Assembly (NCBI GenBank): GCA_050613775.1
Contig: JBODTK010000125.1
Span: forward strand, 62,001 to 126,000
DNA from: Neocallimastix sp. 'constans'
Taxonomy: Eukaryota
Length of the DNA stretch: 64,000 bases
Direction of reading: 5' to 3'
The notes beneath the pieces are model-generated. The model saw only the letters and a list, made by a program, of their open reading frames with translations. It did not search any database and was not told the DNA's origin. Positions 48,901-64,000 of this stretch are shown piece after piece; within the stretch, counting starts at the first letter, position 1, and the number at the start of each line of letters is the position of its first letter. A program made the translations under genes and the position numbers.

Positions 48901-49721
48901 AAAGTATATCTAATTAAAATTTTATAATACACATTTCAATTTAATCATACCATTTATAGTAATCACATGATTAAATATTAAATATGAATCAATTAAAATA
49001 AAAAATTATATATATATTTTTTTTAAAGCATTTGATTCCAACCAAGGCATTAATAATTTGTAAATAATAAATATATATATATATTTTTTTTAAGGCATAA
49101 CGTAATTTACTATTTCAGCTCTCACGGTTATTTATTTGAAATTACAGCTTATTTTATAATTTCATAATATATTATAGATTATATGTATTTATAAAATATA
49201 GAAAAGATGGAAATAATAAATTTAATAAAATAATTCAAAATATTATCCCTTTATACAAAACACAAAAGTAAATAATATTCTCTATATTTTTTTTATTCAT
49301 ACCACAACATTATATACATTATATTATATATATATATATAATATATGGGTATAAATAATTTGAAACTAATTATTAAAAAAATAAATATTAATTCCAGATT
49401 CTCATGATTAAATATTTAAAATAACTATTTTACTCTTCCTTATTTAAACAAATATTTAAATATATATATATATAATTTAATTTAAACCAAATCATATATC
49501 ACTTTCAATTTTTTTTTTTTTATTTTTTTTTTATTTTTTTTTTTATTTTTTTTTTTATTTTTTTTTTTTTTTTATTTTAAAAAAGTTGGTATATTTTTTT
49601 TATTTTTATTAATAAAAAATATTCTTCTTCCACAAATTATTTAAAAAGAATATTTAATTTTGATACTTTTAGTGAGTACTAAATTATTAAAACTTTTTTT
49701 TTTAATTTTTTAATTAATAAT

Positions 49722-50798
49722 TTAATAAACACCCTTGAAAGAATAGCATCTTTCATTTCTTTTTGGTTCATTCATATTAATGTACTTTTCGTAGTTTGTT
49801 CCTTTTGAATAACCGTTTTCCTTACTTAACCATTTTTCTGGTATGTATGTTAAAACACGATTACCACGGAACTTCTTGTGACCAGTGAATTTACCTTCAA
49901 CAGCACGACGAATACATTTGTTATTGAATATTATCTTTCCATTACGTTGAACAAATGGCTTCTTATTACCACGAACAGTTGGTGCATTTCTAATGGCATA
50001 TAAGGTAGCAACAGACATAACTTTATTACCACCAACCTTGTTTGTGCTAATCCAAGCGCTACGTTTATTTTGTAATGGGAAGGTGTAATTGAAACCATCG
50101 TAAACAGTATTAATATTTCTTAATAAAGCATAATTTTTCTTTTGCTCTTGTGCCATTATCAATTCATGAGCTTCTCTCAAAGCCTTTAAATTCTTCATAG
50201 CAGCAATTCTCATCTTTTGTTTCTTGCTTTGTTGCCTCATTGGTTGATTCTTACTTTGCTTCATTGTTTGATTCTTACTTTGCTTCATTGGTTGATTTTT
50301 ACTTTGCTTTCCTTGCTTACCTTGTATATTCTTATTTACTTTTTGGTTTAATTTCTTTAACTCAGCTTCTTGTTTTGAGGCTGGGTACCATCCCCAAGTT
50401 TGAGTTTGTGTTTGGGTTTTTTGGTTCTTTGTGCTCTTCTTTTGTGGTTGTTGCTTTTGAACTTGTTGCTTTTGAACTTGTTGCTTTTGAACTTGTTGCT
50501 TTGGTTGTTGTTTCATAGTCTTACTACGTTGTTGTTGTGGCTTGACAGCATTAGTCCAGCTGGATTGAATTTCACTTTTTGTGTTGCGACTAGCAACATC
50601 TGCCCAACTTTGAAATCCTTTAGTGTTAGTCTTTTTATTATTGTTTACAACAGTCCAACTTTGTTGTTGTGGTTTTTGTTGTTTTACAGCCTTTTGTTGA
50701 CTATTCTTGTTTTGAACTTGCTTTTGAGAAACATTAAATGTGTTTCTAGCAGCGTTGTTAACGAAACCTAATATTAAAGGAGTGTTTTGCTTACCCAT
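49722..50798 (-). CDS. Hypothetical highly basic Q/K/N-rich protein, single exon, 358 aa
   Basis: Long intact ORF with AAAATGG start context and GC well above the flanks. It has internal repeats (QQVQK x3, KQSKNQ[P/T]M x3). No domain recognised. Confidence 0.8.
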   Translation of the reverse strand: MGKQNTPLILGFVNNAARNTFNVSQKQVQNKNSQQKAVKQQKPQQQSWTVVNNNKKTNTKGFQSWADVASRNTKSEIQSSWTNAVKPQQQRSKTMKQQPKQQVQKQQVQKQQVQKQQPQKKSTKNQKTQTQTQTWGWYPASKQEAELKKLNQKVNKNIQGKQGKQSKNQPMKQSKNQTMKQSKNQPMRQQSKKQKMRIAAMKNLKALREAHELIMAQEQKKNYALLRNINTVYDGFNYTFPLQNKRSAWISTNKVGGNKVMSVATLYAIRNAPTVRGNKKPFVQRNGKIIFNNKCIRRAVEGKFTGHKKFRGNRVLTYIPEKWLSKENGYSKGTNYEKYINMNEPKRNERCYSFKGVY

Positions 50799-51764
50799 TT
50801 TTAAAATTTAAAAAAAATTAAAAAAAAAAAAATTTTTTTCTTATGGATATAATAATTAGTTTTATTTTAAAAATATATAAATATAATATATATTTTTTTT
50901 TTAAATATTATTTATTCTTTTTTCTTCACGAAAAATTCAAATTATTTAATTAATAAATTAAATAATAGGCTTTTTTTTTTTTTTTTTTTTTTTCAGTCTT
51001 TTATTCTTATAACCTTTTGAATAAAAAGTATTTATAAAGAATAGATTTTAAAAAAATTTTGAATCTTTTCTTTCTTTATATATGTTTTTTATTATTATAA
51101 TAATTATTATTATTATATTATTGTTATATAATTAGAATAGTCATTTAATTATATTATTTATTATTATACTTTAAAATTTAAAAATTATAATAAATTTTAA
51201 TAAATATTATTATTATATTAGTAATTATAATTATTAAATAAAATATAAATAGTATGACATTTTTTTATAATTTTAGTTAGATAATTACCATTAATATTCC
51301 AATTTTCATTGTTTTTCTAAATAAATTTTCTTTAAATTTTATTATACAAATAAATTGTGTATATATTTTTAATATTATATTATTATAATTCTATTTTATT
51401 TTATTTTATTTTCTCATTTTCTATTATTCTTATTCTTATTATAAAAAAAAAATATATAAAATTTAAAATTTAAATTATAATATATATTATTATTATATAT
51501 AATTGTTTTTTTTCTTGTTTTATTATAAATAGAGTATAGTATATTTTAAATTTTTATATATTAATAAAATTTTGTAACTTTTTTTTTTTTTAATCCAATG
51601 ACTTTTAAAGTTGAAATAAATTAAATATGATAATTATTCTTATTAATGGAGTAAATTATATTAATTATAGATTATTTAAACTAATCTCATCTATCATTAT
51701 AATTATAATTATTTATTATAGATCATACAAATACCTTTAAGAAAATGTAAATTTATAATAAATA

Positions 51765-51875
51765 TAAGCTATATTATTTAAAATATACATATATTATTTT
51801 ATAAGCTATATTATTTAAAATATACATATATTATTTTATAAGCTATATTATTTAAAATATACATATATTATTTTA
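51765..51875. repeat. ~36 bp tandem repeat, 3 copies
   Basis: TATAAGCTATATTATTTAAAATATACATATATTATTT repeated three times. Confidence 0.8.
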
Positions 51876-52962
51876 AGTATTTATTAATTCTAATCTTTTG
51901 TTTATATTACATAAATAATAAATTAATTATTGGATAAATATTTTCACTAAAAGACCATTTGTAATATTATATATTGATGTTTATTTTTTTTAACTATTAT
52001 TTACTCTATATTTTTTTATAATATAAAACAAATTATTTTTAATTACATATAATTCTGTAAAAATAGTAAAAGAAAATTATTTAAAAATATTTAGTCTATT
52101 TATAGATGTTTTTTTTTTAATATAAAAGTAAAAATATAATTTTCAAAATTGTATAAGACACAATAATTTCTAAATGTATTTCTACATAAATCATTTTATT
52201 TTATTTTATCTTTTTTTTTATTTTATTATTATTTTTTTTTTTTTTTTAAAAAAAAAAACTTTATATAGTAAAAAGATAAATAATTAATAATTACGTAAAC
52301 ATCTTTTTTTTTTTTTTTTTTTTTTTTTTTATATATATTTTCTTATATTTTATATTTTTTATTTGGTATTGTTTTATAATATAGTTTAAATAATTCAATA
52401 TTTAAATTTTACAAATAAGAATGTTAAAATTTTTAAAATTTTTTATAATATTGTTTTTGATAAATCTAATTATCATTATTTTAAAATTTTTAACAATTTA
52501 TATATTATCACGAAAATATATTTTTGACAATGTGATAATAACTACAAAATTTATAATTCTTATTAGTACAATTTTTATATAATAATTATTATTTTTGTTT
52601 AGGCAATGTGATAATTTTTTTATATCTTATAATAATAATTATTATTAATTTTATGAAATAAAAATTTTGAAAAAAAAAAAAAAATAGTAATATAATTATA
52701 GTTTGTAATTATAAAAATTATCTTTGCTATATTTTATAATTTATTATTGAAGTTAATATTAACCATATTTTTTAATTTTAAATTTATAATTATTATAATT
52801 ATAAAATTAAAATTATTTATTTAAATAATAATAGTTTAGTGACAATTATTAATCTTTTATATATTTATATAAAAACAACACTAGATAAATATATAAATAA
52901 ATAAATAGATATATAAACAGATAAATGAATTAGAAAAATAAATAAAAGTATTATTTAAGTAG

Positions 52963-53006
<44 letters not shown>

Positions 53007-53590
53007 AAATAAATAATAAATAAATAAATAAATAAATAAATAGATAAAACCATGTAATTTTTTTTAATAAAAATAAAAAAATTTAATATAAAATATAGTT
53101 AGGATTATAATTATGTACATTATAATATTTTTTTTTTTTTTTAAATGTTACACAAGTACATAATTTAAAAGTTTTATTTAAAATTTCTTTCAATATTTTG
53201 GAAAAATTATATTTATTATATTTTAGTACTAACTTTCTTAATTAATCTAATATTCTGAATAATAAAAATAGTTAAGTTACTTATGGGTAAAGTATGGTAT
53301 AATTTCTGTAAATAATCAGTATTAGAGCTGGGTAATTAAATTATTTCTATTATTAATTCTACTTGAAAAGATAACTTTCTATGGTTCACTCGTTGGGTTG
53401 GTATACGATAGAGAAATTTTGCTAATCTTTAAATAACAAAACAATAAAAAAAAATATATATATATATATATATAAAGCATACGTAATTTATAATTTTATA
53501 ACTTTCTCATCTATTTTACTAATAATGATTTATTGTAATGTATTTATTAAAAAATTATACCGAAATTCAATCAATTTAATTTTTTCTCTT

Positions 53591-53655
<65 letters not shown>

Positions 53656-55960
53656 CCTTTAAAATAAAAATAAAAAAATAACTTCAATTTAAACATTTAG
53701 TAATATAATTTATATGCTTTAACAGTATGTACATACATATACCTTCAACTTATTTCTCAGCATTCATCGCTGCGTATTCATACATGTTCATTCACCCTCC
53801 ATGCATATCGTCTATGTAAAAGATATTAAATATCTATTAAATGATACCCTCATGAAATGAATTTTACAACCATCATAATTTTTATGATGTGGTGTTTACT
53901 ATTGCTTTAGATAAGTTAAAAAAAAATTGAGGGAAGCTTTGAAAAACTTCTTTATTAATAGTAATAATTCATGATTATTTTCAATTTATTTATATAGATA
54001 CAAGTGATTCCATATTTCTTGTGAATCAAGCGTATTTCTTATTAGGAGTGATAATTTATGATAAATAATTATGAAATTTAATATAATTTAAGGAAAAACC
54101 TTTTAATAACTATTTTGAAAATTAAATTTGTTTCTTTAATAACTAAATGTATTTTGAATGTTTTACAAGTAGAAAAATAGACTTATAGAAATTTAAAGTA
54201 AAAAAAAAAAAAAAAAAAGTGATAATATAAAATTGAAAAATATAGTTAGACTTATTGATGATTTTAAAATAATTAAGAAATTTTAAAACTTACGAAATGA
54301 CTTGAGGCATTATATAAAGATGTGATATTATATAATGATTATATTATAAGATAAGATATTATATAATGATTATATTATAAGATAAGATATATAAGAGGAT
54401 AGGGCTTAAGAATATAATAGAGAAATTTATTAGAAAAAGAAAAAGACAAAAATAAGGAAGGCGTTCATTAAATTTATTTAAAAACAAAATAAATTAAAAA
54501 AAAAATATTAATATTGTAAATAATTAGTTAAATAGAAAAAAGGAATATATATATATATATATAAAAAACTCAAAAAAGAAAAAATATTTTATAATATATA
54601 TATTGATATTATATATATATTATAAATATTTTTTCTTATAAGTATTATTTTCTTTTATAAGATGAACAACTTTTTTTGGACGTATAAAAAAATACTTTTG
54701 AGATAAAAAATAATATATATATTAATATAATAGAAAATAAAAAAATATATTAATATAGAATAATAAAAGATAAAAAAAATTTATATAATAAATTAGATAT
54801 TTTTAAATATATTTATATTAATATATTATCAATTTAATAATAAAAAATTTTAATTAAAATAAATAATATAAATTTCCGTATGGTTGTCGAAAAACAGACA
54901 ACAAAATAAATTTTTTTTTTTTTTTAAAAAAAAATATTTCATACAACTTTTTATTAATCCATAAATTGAATAACAATTATTTAAAAGAATAATTATTCAA
55001 TTTTTTCAGAAATATTCAAATAAAGCGTTTTTAATTAAAAGTAAATATTGTTTAATTTTTCATAATTTTAAAACATAATAAAAATAGAAGATACTTTTAT
55101 TTATTTTTTTTTAATAATTCACATAAAGCTTTTAAATAATTTTTTGAAAATTTTAAATCTAATATTATGAATAATACATTTTTTTGGTATTATGAAGAAA
55201 ATTATATGATAGCATGTTTTTCAGATCTTTTTAATATTATTATAAAATGAAATGTTCAAAATTAGGAATAACCATATTCAAATTTAATATGATTTAATAA
55301 GATTGGATTATAAAATTAAACTCTTTAATTTTTTAAATATTTGTTAATTTTGATTTTAATAAAATTAGAAATCATTTCAATTGCTAAAATTTTTATTGAA
55401 AATTTAATAAAAAAAAAAAAAAGTTTAAATGATATTTATTAAAACTAATTTATATGCTTTTTCCTTTAAAGTGTTTTTTTATATTTTATCAAATACTTTT
55501 TTAAAAAAAAAATAAAAAATAGTATCAATAAAGTAAATAAAATTATATTAATCTAACATAAAAATTTTTATTATAATTATTTAGATATTAATAAAGAAAC
55601 AGTGTTTATTTAACACTCATTATATTAATTGAAAAAATAAATAAAAAAAAAAAAAAAAAAAACTAAAAAGGAAAAGGTAATATGATAAAGGATTATATAA
55701 AGGAAAAAAATATATATATATTTAATGATTTAATTTTTGTAATAGAATTAAATAATAAATTAATTCGATAATAAAAAAAAAAAAAAAAAACAGTACAATT
55801 TTTTTATTTTAAATCAAATAAAAAATTATATATAATTAACTAACATATAATTAAAATAAAATAATAGAAAATCAACTGTATAATAAATAAATATTGAATT
55901 TTAAAATAAATCATTGAAGAAAAATTTATAAATAATTCGGAAATTTAATATTTGAACAAG

Positions 55961-56430
55961 ATGTCAAAGAGACCAATTTTACTTTCTAATAAACCAAGTT
56001 CTTACAATCTTTCAGGCCCCATTTTAATTCAGGATAATTATGAAAGAGATATCAATATGTTTGTTTCAAACCTTCCATCCAATATAACGGAGGTACATAA
56101 TAATATTTTAAGATCTTTATAATATCAATATTAATAATAGTACAAGTATATTAGAAATAGAAGAAGTCATAAAATATAATATAATATGAATTAAATATAT
56201 AAAATTGAAATTTAATTAATTAAATAATATAAAAAAAAAAAAAAAATTAACCTTTAATTATATTAATATATTTATTAATAAATAGACAAGACTTGCACAG
56301 GAATTTTCTAATACTAAATACAAACATATAAATATTTGCTATAATGAATTTACCAATAAGCCATTAGGTTATGCTTATGTAACTTTTTCAAGTGAAAAAG
56401 CAGGTATATATATCTATATCTATATCTATC

Positions 56431-56461
<31 letters not shown>

Positions 56462-58301
56462 TTTTAAAAAAAAAATTATTTATTATTATATATTTTAAAA
56501 TGTTAATTTTATATTGATTATAAATTATATAATTTATAATTTTAATAGCGAAAGCTGCATTTAATGAATTAAATAATAAGATAGAAATTGATGATAGAAG
56601 GCTTAGATTATTACTACCTTTAGGTATAAAAAACTTATATATATTAAATTTTATAATTTATGAATTTATATACATTTTTTTAAAATTTTGAAAATTAATA
56701 ATTTAATATATATATATGTATATTTATTTTTAAAAAGATATTATGAGATCTAGTAATAGTCGAATGGCAACTGTAAAACTTCAAGATAATAATGTTAAAA
56801 AAGTTCCAATTTCAAGTAAATATACAAAATATGATGGTGTATTACTTCATTATTTTAAAAAATCTTCACCAATTTTTGCAAAGTTGGATAATTTAAAAGA
56901 AAAGGTAAACAATTTTTTCCTATATATATATATATATGTATATGTTATATAGTGTATATAACATAATATTAATATTTAATATTCATAAAATATATAATAT
57001 ATATTCATATGTTAATATAGGCTGCAAGTGATCCAACTATTGATGAACATTATAATAATGTAAGAACTCAAGCTAAAAGTGTTCAACCAAATACTGCTAA
57101 GACTTTATATAATTTAAATTTAGTAATGTTTAAGGATATGGTAGAAAGTGTTGATAAACCAATTTTCAGTCCAAATACACATTTTCTTGATATATGGTAA
57201 AGTTATTTTGTATTTTAAATATTTTTATTATTGTGATGATGATTCTAATTATAATTATGAATAATGAGAATTAAATTCAATTTTTTTTTTTTATATAATA
57301 AATTTTATTATAATTTTTTACAATACTTAGTTGTGCACCAGGTGGTTTTACAAATTATATTTTAAATAATTATCCTGAAAGCTCAGGATGTGGTATAACA
57401 CTTCCACATGGAAATGGTGTTTCTCCAATGTTTGAAAATAATAATGCTGGTAGATTTAATTGTTTCTATTGCGATATAAATAAATTAAAAAGTGGATTTC
57501 AGTTAGGTGAATCATTTGATTTAGTAATTTTAGATGGTCAAACTAATTGGACAAATAATAATTCTGACTATAGTCAATTTCAAAAAGAATCAAAATTATT
57601 ATTAATTTCACAATTAATTTTAGGATTAAAGTAAATAAATAAATAAATATATATATATAATATAATTTTTTTTTTTATAAAATTTTTTTACTATTTAATT
57701 AATTTAAAAAACATATAATATATAATAAATATTTAATATATATATATATTATTATAATTATATATAAAATAAATTAGTCATTTAAAGAATCAGGGTATTA
57801 TGATTGTGAGATTATGTAAGCCAGAAGAAACTTTTTATTCAACCATTGTTTATATTTTACATTCACTTTTCTTAGAAATTCAACTTATTAAACCAGGGTC
57901 ATCAAGAGTTGCCAGATCCTTGTTTTATATGATCTGCCGTAATTATGATCCAGTTATATTGGAACCTATTTTTGAAGGATTAATTAAAGTTCAAACAGCC
58001 TTAAAGAATGGTGAAGATGTTGATGATTTTGAAAAGTTTATACCTAGTTTTTCAGCAGATACAATAATTAAAGAATTTGGTGAATCTTTAATAAAGTTAT
58101 ATGATCGTTATTGGGAATTCATGTATACTACACTTTCTGATTCATTTAATAGGTAAATTCAATTAAATTATTTATTTATTTATTTTATCTCCTATAATTT
58201 ATACTATTGTTATTGCTAATTTAATTTATAAAACAGTAATACTAATTTATTTTTAATTACATATAATATTTATAAATAGAGTTTTAAAGAAAAGAGGATA
58301 A
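55961..58301 (+). CDS. RRM + FtsJ/RrmJ-like (2'-O-ribose) methyltransferase-fold fusion protein; exons 55961-56092, 56286-56403, 56549-56623, 56738-56904, 57021-57196, 57331-57630, 57778-58152, 58280-58301; 454 aa
   Basis: RNP2 MFVSNL and RNP1 LGYAYVTF are present. The SAM-binding motif FLDICCAPGGFTNYIL...GCGITLP is followed by FDLVILDG, LLISQLILGLNHLKNQGIMIVRL and IKPGSSRVARSLFYMIC. All 7 introns are GT-AG and phase-consistent. Confidence 0.85.
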
Positions 58302-58598
58302 AATGAAAAATGATATAATTCAAGAGTCTTTTAAGCAATACTATTTAATATTTATTTTTAAAATTCAATAGAAAAATTAAATATAAATAATTAATAAAAA
58401 ATTAATTGTATAAAATATTTATTTTGTTCATGTTAAAAGAATAAATTAATTAATTTTATGGATTAATTGTAAATTTAAAATATTAAATAAATAAATAAAT
58501 AAATAAATAAAAAAAAAAAAAAAAAAAAAAAAGAATAAAAATTAAAATAAACATTTTATAAAAAAGAATACAAAAACAAGAAATAAATGGTAATAGTA

Positions 58599-58634
<36 letters not shown>

Positions 58635-59047
58635 TTTAATATTTTATTTAAAGTAATTAATTTCAATTATTGATTGGTTAATAAGAAATAAGATAGTTAT
58701 TTTTTTTTTTTTGAAAAATTTTGAACAAAAAAGATATTAATTAAATTTTGTTAATATTTATTCATTATTTATTAATTTTTTTTATTTATTAATTTTTTTT
58801 ATTCTTTAATATTTATATAAATTCACATTTCAAATTATTTTTAAATAAATTAGAATTACTGTTTAAAATTCAATTAAAAAATATATTATAAACATTATTA
58901 AAGTATATAAAAACAAAATTTTATTAAACAAAAATACTCAAAAGTTTTTTTTTTTTTTTTTTATATTAAAAATCGAAAATAATAAAATAATACAGTGTTT
59001 TTAATAAGTTTCAAAAGCAATAATATAATATAAGAATATTAATAAAA

Positions 59048-61524
<2,477 letters not shown>

Positions 61525-63143
61525 GTTTTATAGAATTATATAAAATTATATTGATTTATTAATTAATTATTATTTTATTATTATTTTTTTTTTTAAATAA
61601 AAAAAAAATATATTATTAATGGTATAGTCAATATATTTATATGTTTTCTTAAATATGTAATAATATAATAATGCTATTAATATTTATTAAATAAAATTTA
61701 TAGAATAGACTTTTTCATTATTTATTATTAATATTTTTTTTTTTTTTTTCGTTTTTTTTTTTTTTTTTTAATATTTAATTATATTATATTAAATTTATTT
61801 CTTTTCAAAAATGTCATAATTATTAGTTTAATAAAATTTTATAACGGTACATTTTTTATTTAATACAGATATTTATAAAGTAAAAAATATATATATTTTT
61901 AAAAAGATTAATTCAATAACTTTTTTTTTTTTTTTTTTTTGGTATTATACATATTTTATTGTAATATATTATTAATTAATTATAATATATTTCAAAATAT
62001 AAAGTTTGATTTTTTAATCAATATTTAATACCAATGAATATATACTATTATATTTATTCAATGTATAATAATGATTGTAGTAATTAAAATTTAATTTAAA
62101 TTGAAATTATTAATATAAATATATGTATCTATTATAATATTTTATAATTTCAATTATAAAAAAAAAAAAAAAATTAACAAAATAATACATAAAAATACAT
62201 TTAATAATATAGAGTTCATTATTTATTTTAATAGAAAAAAAAAAAAAAAAAAACATATATACCTAAAATAAAATTTCTTAATAGAGAAGTAATTTTATTT
62301 TTATTTTCTGAATTTAATTATTATTATTATTAAATCCTAAAAAAAAAGTAAATAATATTTTAATATATTTGTCTTTTTTAAAAATATTATTATTTGAACC
62401 AGCTATAAACATTAAAGAAAAAAAAAATAATAATAAAGTAATAAGAACTTTTTTTTTTCGAAATAAATAAATAAAATTTTACGGTGAATTTTGTTTTGCA
62501 TTTGAATTTTGAATAAATATATATATGAAAATAATATTTTTAAACCGAAGAATATATATTATTGAAAAATTATAAAGGATAGGTACTAACGATATAAATC
62601 TAAATGGAAACTATAAACAAATAGAATAATATCTAAATGAAATTGCTTAAAAGTTTTACTAAGAACCAAAATTCAAGAATCCTCTATTGTTAATAATAAA
62701 TATATTTATAAAAAAAAAAAAAAAAAAAAAAAAAAGAAAAGAATAAAATATAATAAAAAATATAATAAAAATATATACTGATATATGTATATAATCAATT
62801 TCAATTGAAAATTAAATTTATTTAAAAATTCATATATCAATTCAACATTAGATGTTAAAAACATTTAATAATAAATAAAAAAATTCAACAATAACAAAAA
62901 AAAAAAAAAAAAAATAAAATAAAATAAACAAATAAAAATATTTTTTTCATCAATAATGAAAAAAAAAAAAAAAAAAAAGAAAAATATCAAAATTTATATT
63001 AACTTTTTAATTCTTAATTCTTAATTTTAATTTTTATTATTTATTAATTTATTATTATTATTGTTTTAATAATATATATGATATTTAATTATTAATATAG
63101 TTTAGTTTGTATTGAATATTCTTTTCATTAGTCGATAATAAAA

Positions 63144-63506
63144 ATGATTAATGCTGGAGTTTCAACGGAACCATTAAAAAAAGACGATGAAAACATTTGG
63201 TTTTCTATATTAAATAGCATTTCGTCTTCTAAAGCTAATCAATGCAAAAATTTATTAATTTTAGGTAATTTTTGTCAATTTAAGTCTTATTTATTATTAA
63301 TGCATAATTAAAGTATTATCGAATTGTAGTAAATATAAAAAATAAATTAAATATATATATATATAAATATATCATAGGTGATGATAATAGTGGAAAATCA
63401 ACTATTATTAATGAAATTGTTGCAAGACATCCAACTGAAGATACAAGTAAAATTCCAAAATATGCATTAAGTTATACTTATGTAGACATTACTGAAGAAG
63501 AAGGTA

Positions 63507-63540
<34 letters not shown>

Positions 63541-63934
63541 CCTTTTTTTTTTTTTTTATTATTAAACATAATAAATTTGTTAATAGAAGTAATGCATTAT
63601 TCATATTTAAATAATAAATGAAACATCAATTTCATAAAAACCATAATAATTATTAATATAACAACAATAATAACAATAACAATAATAATTAAAATAAAAA
63701 AAGATACTGTTGCACATGTTGGTTTATATCGTATATCAGGAAATTCAGCTTATGATTCATTAATTCCATTCGCTTTAACGGAAGAAACAATTGCCAATTC
63801 AGTTGCAATTATATCTCTTTCTTGGGAAAATCCTTCCAACTTTTTAAAATCATTAGAACAATGGTTAAATATTCTTGAAATAGAAATTAAAAAAAGTATA
63901 TCGAGTGAATTATTAGAAGAACTTAAAGGCAAAA
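63144..63934 (+). CDS. DYNC1LI: Cytoplasmic dynein 1 light intermediate chain, 5' part; exons 63144-63264, 63378-63503, 63704-63934, continuing beyond the window
   Basis: ENIWFSILNSISSSK...KNLLILGDDNSGKSTII (P-loop), ALSYTYVDI, HVGLYRISG...LIPFALTEETIANSVAIISLSWENPSNFLKSLEQW form the DLIC pattern. Introns are phase-consistent. Confidence 0.88.
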
Positions 63935-64000
63935 GTAATTGAATAAAATTATTTTATATATATAAATATATTAATATATATATATATATTTTATTTATTT

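Noticed and set aside
50240..50771. Plus-strand ORFs overlapping the basic orphan gene, and antisense or alternate-frame ORFs at 3078, 3183, 15979, 42122, 42311, 43456, 43823, 44133, 44140, 59720 and 63750
   Set aside because: Shadow ORFs of real genes on the other strand or frame.
53276..53296. ACTTATGGGTAAAG resembling the 5' part of U12 snRNA
   Set aside because: The 5' TGCCTTAAA and the exact GTAAGGA branch-pairing sequence are missing, and no matching downstream structure could be established.

Overview
Extremely AT-rich eukaryotic genomic DNA with spliceosomal introns and many microsatellites. Gene content and composition suggest an anaerobic gut fungus (Neocallimastigomycota); this is inference, not proven. 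Exon chains were reconstructed by hand and checked for phase. They give: a partial unknown gene at the left edge; a G-protein gamma subunit with a prion-like N-terminal extension; CSN8 with a large acidic insert; a Pho80/Pcl-type cyclin; a 7TM-RGS protein; a decayed non-LTR retrotransposon; a MiT/TFE-Rtg3-like bHLH factor; an SLC35A-type nucleotide-sugar transporter; LARP1; a basic orphan protein; an RRM + FtsJ-like methyltransferase fusion; ELP4; and the 5' part of a dynein light intermediate chain gene. The most notable observations are a probable U12-type AT-AC intron in ELP4, the extended G-gamma, the RRM-FtsJ fusion with an altered catalytic tetrad, a start codon split by an intron, and a nested satellite with CRISPR-like layout. 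Many long ORFs in the supplied track are microsatellite artefacts. No database searches were run.
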